Below are positions 26,390 through 34,873 of a stretch of DNA of 34,873 bases, in pieces. Origin of the DNA: an uncultured Thermodesulfobacteriaceae bacterium (GTDB taxonomy: Bacteria > Desulfobacterota > Dissulfuribacteria > Dissulfuribacterales > UBA3076). A program made the position numbers and the translations under genes. The notes beneath the pieces were generated by a model. It was not told where the DNA came from. It worked only from the letters and a program-made list of their open reading frames with translations, and did not search any database. The stretch is taken from NCBI GenBank assembly GCA_964585405.1, contig CAZPDU010000070.1:1-34873 (forward strand), written 5' to 3'. Each line of letters starts with the position of its first letter. The stretch's first letter is position 1.

Positions 26390-26941
26390 ATGAGCAACTT
26401 ACAGACTCCGCCGCCAGCCAAGCTGGTTTGCAGTATATTCTCTCAGCAGAAGGGGCTAATAAATAGAGTGATTGATGCCCTGTGCATTTCATATGGCAAT
26501 ACTGATTTTAAGAGTCCTGTCATTCCGTTCGACATTACTTCCTACTATGAGCAAGAGTTTGGGAGCAATCTCAAGAGGATATTCATCAGTTTTGCAGAAT
26601 TAGTGTCTCAAGACGCTTTAGTGGATATTAAATACGCCACTAATAAGCTGGAGCAGGAATTCAGTCTGGAAGGGAAAAGGCAAGCAAATATTGATCCAGG
26701 CATTTTAACTGCTGAACGTCTTGTGCTTGCCACAGGCAAAAATTTTGCCCACCGGATTTACCTTGGCCGTGGCGTATTTGCAAATCTGACATTAATATAT
26801 CGAAAAGATTCTTTTATGACTTTACCATGGACATACCCTGACTATGCATCAAAAGAGGTGATAGTGTTCTGGAACAATGTAAGAAAACCTTATCTGAAAA
26901 TGATCAGCGAGACAATTGCCCGAAACAGTAAAATATCTTAG
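26390..26941 (+). CDS. DUF4416 family protein
   Basis: TSYYEQEFG, NIDPG, LVLATGKNFAHRIYL, LPWTYPDY. Confidence 0.85.
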   Translation: MSNLQTPPPAKLVCSIFSQQKGLINRVIDALCISYGNTDFKSPVIPFDITSYYEQEFGSNLKRIFISFAELVSQDALVDIKYATNKLEQEFSLEGKRQANIDPGILTAERLVLATGKNFAHRIYLGRGVFANLTLIYRKDSFMTLPWTYPDYASKEVIVFWNNVRKPYLKMISETIARNSKIS

Positions 26942-27139
26942 GGCGTTTCAACCAATCAAACATAGAAATGATTACACTACAAGAAGTTCTGAGACAAGAT
27001 TCCACTCCAGATATTACTAATACAAAAAGCAAGATTTTTGAAGAACGAGAATTGTTTGCCGCACCCTGTGATAATAAGGAAGTCAAAATAAGGCGGTGGC
27101 AGACGAGATATTTTAAACAGAATTAAAAATGGTGATTGA

Positions 27140-28021
27140 ATGTTACGCAGTATGACTACCTATGCACGTATTGAATATGCCGAGGATGAATGGTCTTCGG
27201 TGTTAGAGCTGAAATCCGTGAATGGAAAATTTTGTGATATCCATCTCAGGTTACCCAGGTGGATGAACCCCATTGAAGACCGCATTAAAAAATTAGTACA
27301 TGATAGGATGATACGAGGTCGAGTCGATCTTAGTATACAGCACGAAGGTAGTGATGCAGAAAGCACTGTCTTTACACCTGACCTAGATCTTGGACGTTCA
27401 TATCTCAATACAGTCAGGTCGTTGGCTGAAGGTCTTGGTTTAGAATACACGATGGATCTTCCGACTCTTTTATGTTCGTTAAAAGACGTCATAACTGTCC
27501 AAGAAAAGGGACCAGATACGGAAAAGGCATGGGAAAGAATAAAGGTTCAATTAGAGGAATTGCTCGACAAGGCTGTAGCAATGTCAATCACTGAGGGAAC
27601 CACCCTGGAGAAGGATTTGAAATCAAGGCTTTCCCAGGTTGAACAATGGATTGAAGACATATCAAAGCGGACACGAGAGTATCTAAGTACGGCCCAAGAA
27701 GACCTCAAAGATAGAATTAAGTCGATTTTAAAAGATGTACCAGTAGATGAGGGACGTTTGATTCAAGAATTGGCAATACTTGCTGACAAGTTGGATATTA
27801 CAGAAGAGATAGTTAGATCCCGTAGCCATATAGAGCAATTTAGAAGATTTTTTGCTAAAGAGGGCGCAATTGGCAGAAAAATGGATTTTTTACTACAAGA
27901 GTTATTCAGAGAGGTCAATACTATGGCCTCAAAGTCATCTGACTCCACAATTTCTTATTCAGTCGTTGAGATAAAGGGTGAATTGGAAAAAATGCGCGAA
28001 CAGGTCCAAAATGTAGTATAG
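27140..28021 (+). CDS. yicC: YicC/YloC family endoribonuclease
   Basis: [45 protein letters not shown]. Confidence 0.95.
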   Translation: MLRSMTTYARIEYAEDEWSSVLELKSVNGKFCDIHLRLPRWMNPIEDRIKKLVHDRMIRGRVDLSIQHEGSDAESTVFTPDLDLGRSYLNTVRSLAEGLGLEYTMDLPTLLCSLKDVITVQEKGPDTEKAWERIKVQLEELLDKAVAMSITEGTTLEKDLKSRLSQVEQWIEDISKRTREYLSTAQEDLKDRIKSILKDVPVDEGRLIQELAILADKLDITEEIVRSRSHIEQFRRFFAKEGAIGRKMDFLLQELFREVNTMASKSSDSTISYSVVEIKGELEKMREQVQNVV

Positions 28022-28044
28022 AAACTTGGAAAGGAGAGCAAAAT

Positions 28045-28329
28045 ATGAGCTGTAGATGTAAACTGCTTAATATTGGTTTTGGAAATACAATAGTGGCTGA
28101 ACGAGTTGTTGCCATAGTCAATCCATCATCTGCTCCCATGAAACGTTTGAGAGAGGAAGCAAAGGTTAACAGCCGCCTTATTGACGCAAGTCAGGGTCGC
28201 AGAACTCGTTCCATAATTATAACAGACAGCAACCATATTATACTCTCTGCTATACAGGCTGAAACAGTTTCTCAAAGACTCGGCGCAGACGTATTGACCA
28301 AATCAGAAGAGAAAGATCCAAAATACTGA
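28045..28329 (+). CDS. remA: RemA/DUF370 family protein
   Basis: [45 protein letters not shown]. Conserved position between yicC and gmk. Confidence 0.92.
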   Translation: MSCRCKLLNIGFGNTIVAERVVAIVNPSSAPMKRLREEAKVNSRLIDASQGRRTRSIIITDSNHIILSAIQAETVSQRLGADVLTKSEEKDPKY

Positions 28330-28344
28330 TTGCATAACAAATAA

Positions 28345-28959
28345 ATGGAACGGGGAAATTTATTTGTGATTTCTGCCCCATCAGGGACAGGAAAAACTAC
28401 TTTATGTCGCAGATTGATGGAACGGGTTTCAGGAATTTCTTTTTCTGTTTCCTATACTACTCGTAATCCCAGGCAAGGGGAATTTGATGGTGTAGACTAT
28501 TACTTTGTTTCCCATAGGAAATTTCAAGAGATGGTCTCTGCCGATGACTTTCTTGAATGGGCTAGGGTATATGATAATTTTTACGGAACAAGTAAATCAG
28601 AGGTGCTTTCAAGGCTTGAGCAGGGAAAAGATGTTCTGCTGGATATAGATGTACAGGGGGCCAGACAGGTTCACGGACGATTACAAGGAGCCATTCTTAT
28701 CTTTTTGCTGCCTCCGTCGTGGTCGGAATTAGAGAAACGGCTCAAAACTAGAGGGACTGAGGATTACTCAAAGTTGAAATTCCGGATGGCCAGCGCAAAA
28801 TCAGAGCTGGAGGCAGTATATGAATATGACTTTTCTGTGATAAATGACGACATTTCAAGGGCCACTGAGGACCTAAAATCCATCGTGATCGCCCAGAGAT
28901 GCAGAACGCCCAGGACTTTGACAAGGCAGAACCTCGTTCCGCCCCTCAAGTCTTCATAG
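28345..28959 (+). CDS. gmk: Guanylate kinase
   Basis: SAPSGTGKTT P-loop, SYTTRNPR, DGVDYYFV, FYGT, DIDVQG. Confidence 0.98.
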   Translation: MERGNLFVISAPSGTGKTTLCRRLMERVSGISFSVSYTTRNPRQGEFDGVDYYFVSHRKFQEMVSADDFLEWARVYDNFYGTSKSEVLSRLEQGKDVLLDIDVQGARQVHGRLQGAILIFLLPPSWSELEKRLKTRGTEDYSKLKFRMASAKSELEAVYEYDFSVINDDISRATEDLKSIVIAQRCRTPRTLTRQNLVPPLKSS

Positions 28960-29047
28960 CCTTTCACTCATTAAAAGACTCAAGGTATGTCAAAAATTTG
29001 AATCGTTGATTCGTTAACCCTAAATCTTTGGACGCCTATTATTTAGT

Positions 29048-29809
29048 ATGATTTCCAGTTCAAAAGGTAAATCTATAATAATCTGGGGTATACATCCAGT
29101 AAGAGAATTTTTAGAGCTTTATTCCTATGACTGTCAGGAGATCTTTGTCCATCCATCCTTTGGAAAGAAAAAAGCACAGGCGAGCCTGCTAAGTATGGCG
29201 ATGCGACAGGCGGTTGTTGTTAGACGTACGGAACACCTTGAAAGTGCCGGTGTTCCTGCAGGGATTGTACATCAGGGAATTGCTGCCGTGGTAAGACCTG
29301 TTTGGTCTATTGACTTTTTAAGTCTGCCAATGTATTGGAGAAATAAAAGTCCGTTAGTAGTACTATGTGATCAAGTAACGGATCCACAGAATGTGGGGTC
29401 AATTATACGTTCTGCGGTTGCCATGGGTGCTCAGGCGGTTTTGCTGCCCAGTCACAGAACCAGCGGGATTACCGGAGCAGTAGCAAAATCATCTTCCGGT
29501 GCACTATTTCATATAAAGGTATGCCAAGTAGGAAATTTGGTAACCGCCATGAGACAACTTAAGGAATTAGGTCTCTGGATAGCAGGCTTAAGCCCTGACG
29601 GCGAGCATCAGCTCTGGAATGCAAATTTAAATAGTCCTTTAGCCCTGGTAGTTGGTGCTGAAGGAAAGGGACTGCACCGTCTGGTAAAGAAGACGTGTGA
29701 CCTGCTTGTGAGGATTCCTCATTTTGGCCCTGTGGCTTCCATGAACGTTGCCTCTGCCGCCAGCATAGCCTTATATGAGATTGCAAGGCAGCGCAATCTG
29801 ATAGTATAA
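29048..29809 (+). CDS. rlmB: 23S rRNA (Gm2251) 2'-O-methyltransferase, SpoU/TrmH family
   Basis: WGIHPV, HQG, DPQNVGSIIRSA, VGAEGKG, SMNVASA. Confidence 0.9.
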   Translation: MISSSKGKSIIIWGIHPVREFLELYSYDCQEIFVHPSFGKKKAQASLLSMAMRQAVVVRRTEHLESAGVPAGIVHQGIAAVVRPVWSIDFLSLPMYWRNKSPLVVLCDQVTDPQNVGSIIRSAVAMGAQAVLLPSHRTSGITGAVAKSSSGALFHIKVCQVGNLVTAMRQLKELGLWIAGLSPDGEHQLWNANLNSPLALVVGAEGKGLHRLVKKTCDLLVRIPHFGPVASMNVASAASIALYEIARQRNLIV

Positions 29810-29917
29810 TAATATTAAAAGTTATAGTTTACGCTAAAATCCATACCAATAAAATTTTTTAGATTGCCAGAAGGAGCCAGTACTCGCCGGATAGTACTGG
29901 TATAAGGTGGTTATTAT

Positions 29918-31207
29918 ATGATAAGCCTGTATGAGAAGATGACCGGTTGCGCATATGCCATATCCAGGCCTTTTCTGGAATTGTGGTCCAGCCTGGAGGG
30001 AAACAACGGAATGTGGTCGGGTCGGCTGGGACACATACCCAATTATATTGCGGCAGTCGGCCCTCAGGATTTATGGCTCCAGGCAGTTTCAGTGGGGGAA
30101 GTGGCCGTAGCGGAGGCACTGGTCCAAGCCATTGACCGTCAGGCACCGGGATTAAAAATTCTTATATCAGTCACCACCCCGACTGGTTTCGCCAGGGCAT
30201 TATCCTCCTTGGGGACCCGTTGCTCAGTTATTCCCTATCCTCTTGATTTTCCCCAGATAGTCCGCAGAATGGCAACTGAGCTCCATCCTAAAGTATATGC
30301 CTGTCTTGAAACCGAACTTTGGCCCAATCTTATTGGAGCGGTCAGGCAATTCGGAGGTAAAACCGTGCTTTTAAATGGCCGTATCTCGGCCAAGTCTTTT
30401 CCACGGTATTTGAGACTACTCTCGATCACCAGACCCCTGCTCGCAGGTTTTTCAAGGATTTGCGCCATTAGTGATATCCACGCAAACCGGCTGGCTGCAC
30501 TTGGAGCTCCTTTGGACAGAATACAGGTCACAGGAAATGCCAAGTTCGAGGGTCTTCTGTCCAGACCTGATCATGATCGTGCAATAAGCCTTCGCAATCG
30601 CCTTAAAATTAAAGATTCGGTTAAGGTGCTGGTAGCGGGAAGCTTGAGGGGAGACGAGGGAAAAGAATTAATAAAGACCTACAATTTACTTCAGCCACGC
30701 TGGTCTGATATGATTTTCTTTTTAGTGCCGAGACATTTGAAAAAGGTATCTTCTATTATAAACCTGTTAAACAAGAAGGGCATATCATACCAACTATGGA
30801 GCGAACTGGAGGTAAATCAGAAACGGACTGCAAGGCTGGTAATAGTGGATGTAATAGGCCCGCTTTTTGATCTCTATGGTTTGGCTACGGCAGCCTTTGT
30901 AGGGGGGTCTCTGGTACCAAAAGGGGGCCAGAATCTTTTGGAGCCCGCTGCTTGGGGCTGTCCTGTTATTTATGGTCCTTATACGGACAATTTTGAAGAT
31001 GCAAGAATAACCCTTGAATTCCATGGTGGAGGTCAAAAGGTTAACAATGCCGAAGACCTGGCAAAGGCGATAGACTTGTTATTTAGAGAACCCTTAAAAA
31101 GGGAGGAACGGGGCAAAAAGGGCAAAAGGGCCCTTGAAGATCTTGCCAGAGGGGTTGCTACAAAACAAACAGATGTTTTGCTACAGGTGCTTGAATCTCA
31201 AAATTGA
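29918..31207 (+). CDS. waaA: 3-deoxy-D-manno-octulosonic acid (Kdo) transferase
   Basis: AVSVGE, PLD, ETELWPN, NGRIS, TGNAKFE, VPRH, FVGGSLVPKGGQNLLEPA. Confidence 0.95.
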   Translation: MISLYEKMTGCAYAISRPFLELWSSLEGNNGMWSGRLGHIPNYIAAVGPQDLWLQAVSVGEVAVAEALVQAIDRQAPGLKILISVTTPTGFARALSSLGTRCSVIPYPLDFPQIVRRMATELHPKVYACLETELWPNLIGAVRQFGGKTVLLNGRISAKSFPRYLRLLSITRPLLAGFSRICAISDIHANRLAALGAPLDRIQVTGNAKFEGLLSRPDHDRAISLRNRLKIKDSVKVLVAGSLRGDEGKELIKTYNLLQPRWSDMIFFLVPRHLKKVSSIINLLNKKGISYQLWSELEVNQKRTARLVIVDVIGPLFDLYGLATAAFVGGSLVPKGGQNLLEPAAWGCPVIYGPYTDNFEDARITLEFHGGGQKVNNAEDLAKAIDLLFREPLKREERGKKGKRALEDLARGVATKQTDVLLQVLESQN

Positions 31208-31307
31208 GGAGCAGAGCTTAAGGCGCTTCAGTTCGCTTCAGGCACATCAAAATCAAATTGATTTGAAAATGTTCGGCTATGAAGATACGGGATTTAGAAC
31301 CAAGATG

Positions 31308-32114
31308 TCAGTTATCAGAAGACTTGAATCTCTGATAAATTAACAACAAACCCTCCAATACAAGGTGTGGTAGCACTGCCTCTATTAAATTACAATGTGG
31401 GGCTATTATCGGCGCCAGCCCCCCCGTAGCTATGACCTTTGGCTTTAGAGCAAGTTCTGCAAAGAGTCGCCTTATGATTCCGTCTGTAAGACCGGCAAAG
31501 CCATAGATGATACCAGCCTTAATCGCCGAAGCAGTATCCTGTCCCAAAGCAGTTTCAGGTTTGGCAAAAAGTTCTACTCTCGGGAGTCGTGATGTACCCT
31601 TAAAAAGGGCCTCTGCCGCTAGGATTAAACCGGGAGCTATAGAACCTCCCAGGTATTCACCCTTTGATGATACACAGTCGAAGGTGGTTGCTGTCCCATA
31701 ATCGACTATAATTACCGCATTTTTATACCTTGAGTATGCAGCCAGAGAGTTTACGAGTCGATCTGCACCCACTTCATAAGGGCGCTTGTAAAGGATGGGC
31801 ATCCCGACAGTCACATCTTTCTGTACTACAAGGGCCTTTTTTTTCATATAATTGAGGGTCAGTTCCTCCCAGCTATGTATTAAGGGAGGCACGACACAGG
31901 ATATTACTACATCACAGATATCTCTTAGTTCTATTTCAGCAAGTCGGCATAGCTGGTCCAGAGTCACTGCAAGTTCATCAGAAGTGGCTTCTCTATCCGA
32001 ACGTATTCGCCAAGCCTTAAGAAATTGTTCATCCCGGAAAAGACCAATTACGGTATGAGTGTTTCCAACATCTACGGCCATGAAACATTTTCTAAGCTTT
32101 TTTATATATGCCAT
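31308..32114 (-). CDS. coaX: Type III pantothenate kinase
   Basis: DVGNT, SCVVP, VGADR, DYGTATTFD, GGSIAPG, ATGG. Alternative start at ATG 32081. Confidence 0.96.
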   Translation of the reverse strand: MAYIKKLRKCFMAVDVGNTHTVIGLFRDEQFLKAWRIRSDREATSDELAVTLDQLCRLAEIELRDICDVVISCVVPPLIHSWEELTLNYMKKKALVVQKDVTVGMPILYKRPYEVGADRLVNSLAAYSRYKNAVIIVDYGTATTFDCVSSKGEYLGGSIAPGLILAAEALFKGTSRLPRVELFAKPETALGQDTASAIKAGIIYGFAGLTDGIIRRLFAELALKPKVIATGGLAPIIAPHCNLIEAVLPHLVLEGLLLIYQRFKSSDN

Positions 32115-32388
32115 GGGGTATGTAGCTCCTTGATTATCTTCTCGTATTTTTATGATATTGAAATTAAAATAATTTCTATGTTTAATAATAAGAAAATACG
32201 AATTTCCTGATATGGCACAAGAGGGCCTTTTGAACGTTTAATTTAAATCTGTGATTTTTTCTCGAGTTATGGTTATAAATTACTACCATAGAAAATCTAA
32301 AGATCACAATGGTCTAAATTATTGTCAGGGAGTCTCTAACTACCGAATATAAAAAATTGAACTATTACCTCAAAGAAATAGTTGCTTT

Positions 32389-33234
32389 ATGAATAAAAAA
32401 ACCTTTCCTGTAATTCCAGCTGACCGATCGAATGATCTTCATAATCTGGAAATTTCGGATTCACCTGATCTTGTACTTTTTATGGCAGGAAATCAATTCA
32501 TGGCAATGAAAGAGATCATCTCCGCTTTTCAAAAGAAATACCCGTATATTAAGAGAATTTTCTACGAAACCCTCCCCCCGGGACTTGAGCTGAAGCAGAT
32601 CTTATTCCATGGCGCCGTCTTTGCTGATAAAGTGCTGGATATTTATCCGGATATCTACACTTCAGTAAACGAAAAAGCAATGAACATACTGGAAGAGTCC
32701 GGCCATATCAATAAGAAAGACTATCATCTATATCTTCATAACAGATTGACCTTGATGGTTGTGAAGGGAAACCCGGCAGGGATAAGTTCTGTGAAAGATC
32801 TGGCGAGGGATGATATACGCATCTCTCAGCCTGACCCGGAAAATGAAGATATCGCTCTCTTAATTATGGAAATGTACAGACAGGCCGGCGGAGACAGATT
32901 AGTGCATCGTATAATGGAAGAGAAACGTGCTGAAGGGACGACAATTTTCACAATTGTTCACCACAGAGAGACCCCATTACGTATTTCAAAAAAGACAGTC
33001 GACGTTGGACCTGTATGGGCCACTGAAGTGATACACGCTGAATCATCCGGTCTAGCATTTGATGTTATTGAACCTGGTGAAAAACTCGACCAGAGAGACA
33101 GAACAAACTATTATATATGCAAATTAAAAAATGCCCCAAACCAGGATAACGCTGAAATATTTTTGGATTTCATAACTTCATCATCTGCCCAAAATATCTA
33201 TAAGAAATACGGTTTTATGCCGCACCTTGTTTAG
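32389..33234 (+). CDS. ModA-like (molybdate/oxyanion) substrate-binding-fold protein with no evident signal peptide
   Basis: LVLFMAGNQF, ETLPPG, LMVVKGNPAGISSVKDL, HHRETP, DVGPVWATE, AEIFLDFITSSSAQNIYKKYGF. Confidence 0.78.
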   Translation: MNKKTFPVIPADRSNDLHNLEISDSPDLVLFMAGNQFMAMKEIISAFQKKYPYIKRIFYETLPPGLELKQILFHGAVFADKVLDIYPDIYTSVNEKAMNILEESGHINKKDYHLYLHNRLTLMVVKGNPAGISSVKDLARDDIRISQPDPENEDIALLIMEMYRQAGGDRLVHRIMEEKRAEGTTIFTIVHHRETPLRISKKTVDVGPVWATEVIHAESSGLAFDVIEPGEKLDQRDRTNYYICKLKNAPNQDNAEIFLDFITSSSAQNIYKKYGFMPHLV

Positions 33235-33306
33235 AATTACAAAAACACGGAAATGCACTTTAAAGGGTGCCAATTTACTATATATACACATTAATTTTGT
33301 GACATT

Positions 33307-34026
33307 ATGATACCTATTCGAGATACCAGCCGGTCGGGAACCTATCCAATCGTCAACTATCTCCTTATTATGCTCAATATTCTGGTTTTTTTAATAGAGC
33401 AATCACAGGGACATAATATTAACGAATTTGTTTTTACCCATGGACTTGTGCCTGCTCGTTATTCCGAACCCCAAATCTCGGCTCACTTCACAAATTTTCA
33501 GCAAGCAATCGCCTTTCTTACCTTCATGTTTTTACACGGCGGTTTTTTCCACCTTTTTGGTAATATGTGGTTTCTGTATATCTTTGGTGACAACGTAGAA
33601 GATCGTCTGGGGCATTTACGCTACCTCGCTTTCTATTTGCTGTGTGGATTAACTTCAGGGATCTCACATCTGTTTCTCAACTGGACGTCTCAAATACCAA
33701 CTATAGGAGCAAGCGGCGCCATTGCCGGTGTTATGGGGGCATATTTTCTGCTCTACCCCAGGGCTAAAGTCCTGACTCTGGTACCTATCTTTTTCTTTTT
33801 GCACTTCATAGAAATCCCCGCCTTCCTGTTCCTTGGGTTCTGGATTTTTTTCCAGTTTTTCAACGCAGCTTTTTCACCTCAGCTTGGTGGTATTGCCTGG
33901 TGGGCACACATTGGTGGATTTTTTTTCGGTATCATTTTTTTGAAGCTTTTTCAGTTGTTTCCAGAGGTATCTGCAGAGAGGAAGTTAAGAAATTTGACTA
34001 AAAAACGCACACCACGAGGCATATAA
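33307..34026 (+). CDS. Rhomboid intramembrane serine protease
   Basis: MFLHGG..HLFGNMWFL, FGDNVEDRLG, GASGA (catalytic Ser), AWWAHIGG (catalytic His). Confidence 0.95.
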   Translation: MIPIRDTSRSGTYPIVNYLLIMLNILVFLIEQSQGHNINEFVFTHGLVPARYSEPQISAHFTNFQQAIAFLTFMFLHGGFFHLFGNMWFLYIFGDNVEDRLGHLRYLAFYLLCGLTSGISHLFLNWTSQIPTIGASGAIAGVMGAYFLLYPRAKVLTLVPIFFFLHFIEIPAFLFLGFWIFFQFFNAAFSPQLGGIAWWAHIGGFFFGIIFLKLFQLFPEVSAERKLRNLTKKRTPRGI

Positions 34027-34054
34027 AGAATTTACCTGCAACCTTCTGTATAAT

Positions 34055-34873
34055 TCAAAGTAGAATATTCGGCTTACGGCTTTTGGTGGAATGATGTTTG
34101 GATGTCAATTCAAGGAATTCTTTCTCACTCAAGGTGGATATTCCCAGTTCAACGGCCCTCTGCAGTTTGGACCCGGAATCCTTTCCAACAACCACATAAT
34201 CTGTATTGGCCCCCACTGTAGAAGCGATTTGGCCGCCTAAATCACGAACAAGTTCCTTGGCCTCCTCACGAGTAAGAGAAGAAAGTCCACCGGTGAAGAC
34301 AAAAGTCTTGTCTTTCAGAGGCAGGATCTTTTTCTCTTCTAAATCCCTGAATCTGGTACCAGCGTCAATAATAGCACTCACAAGTTCTATATTATCATTA
34401 TCGCTAAACCATGATCGGATGCTGGAAGCTACTTCAGGACCTATTCCTTCTACTTTCTTGAGTTCTTCTTCGCTGGCATCCATGAGGGCCTTTATTGATC
34501 CGAAATGGTCCGCAAGGAGCTGTGCAGTTACATCTCCAACATGTCTGATGCCCAGGGCGTAGAAAAATCGGGCAAGTGTTGTATGCCTGCTGGCTTTTAT
34601 GGCAGACAACAGGTTTTTAGCTGATTTTTCAGCAAAGCGATCAAGCGACAGGAGATCGCTCAAATTAATGGAATAAAGGTCTGCGATACTCCGGATCATG
34701 CCCGCACTGATAAGTTGTTCAGCTACCTTTGGACCAAGGCCGTCTATGTCCATGGCCCCTTTTCCGGCAAAGTGGGTGAGTTGTTTAACAAGCCGTGGGA
34801 AACATTCGGGATTCGGGCACCGCCACGCAGCCTCTCCTGATTTGCGGCGCAGTTCAGAACCGCATACCGGGCA
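34055..34873 (-). CDS. ligA: NAD-dependent DNA ligase, C-terminal part (truncated at window edge)
   Basis: Frame is open to the window end: CPVCGS...WRCPNPEC zinc finger, MDIDGLG, HhH repeats (LGIRHVG, GIGPEVA), BRCT domain (FVFTG...GSKL). Confidence 0.98.
   Translation of the reverse strand, partial: CPVCGSELRRKSGEAAWRCPNPECFPRLVKQLTHFAGKGAMDIDGLGPKVAEQLISAGMIRSIADLYSINLSDLLSLDRFAEKSAKNLLSAIKASRHTTLARFFYALGIRHVGDVTAQLLADHFGSIKALMDASEEELKKVEGIGPEVASSIRSWFSDNDNIELVSAIIDAGTRFRDLEEKKILPLKDKTFVFTGGLSSLTREEAKELVRDLGGQIASTVGANTDYVVVGKDSGSKLQRAVELGISTLSEKEFLELTSKHHSTKSRKPNILL

Noticed and set aside
31240-31270. AT-rich inverted repeat (AAATCA-aat-TGATTT) between convergent waaA and coaX as a terminator
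   Set aside because: The stem is short, nearly all A/T and has no clear U tract.
32213-32227. TGGCAC as a sigma54 -24 element upstream of the ModA-like gene
   Set aside because: The -12 GC is one base out of register and lacks the TT.
1-34873. tRNA, rRNA, CRISPR arrays, integrases, transposases or prophage genes
   Set aside because: None recognised by eye. Intergenic gaps are short and lack regularly spaced repeats or tRNA signatures; tRNAscan/Infernal would be needed to exclude small RNAs.

Overview
AT-rich bacterial chromosomal window. Gene content and order (DUF4416-yicC-remA-gmk, split heptose kinase, RRM protein, PglB-type OST) suggest a Desulfobacterota/deltaproteobacterium; this is inference. 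Left to right: the 3' part of dnaK, a metallophosphoesterase, an RRM protein and a cold-shock protein with a long structured leader, and a YkgJ-type Cys-cluster protein. Next is a ~14.6 kb glycan locus (4376-18965) in three transcription units: fcl-gmd; wHTH/degenerate nucleotidyltransferase-wzx-FkbM MTase-GT-MTase-GT4; and STT3/PglB/AglB oligosaccharyltransferase-DPM1-like GT2-GT4-GT2-GT2. Then come glnE, an LPS inner-core/housekeeping run (waaF, gmhB, waaC-like, Trm112-like, heptose kinase, DUF4416, yicC, remA, gmk, rlmB, waaA), coaX, an orphan ModA-like protein, a rhomboid protease and the 3' part of ligA. The best candidate for an undescribed system is the glycan locus. It looks like a Wzx-dependent protein N-glycosylation pathway whose OST is translationally coupled to a polyprenol-phosphate GT2, with no PglC/PglK/Wzy/WaaL in the window, and may build a fucosylated, O-methylated glycan by an archaeal-style route. 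Other points: an ATA start codon for fcl, a perfect operator palindrome in front of the wHTH gene, a sharp GC break inside wzx, and a terminator-containing leader for the csp gene. No rRNA, tRNA, CRISPR array or intact mobile element was seen. All calls come from reading motifs by eye; no database searches were run.
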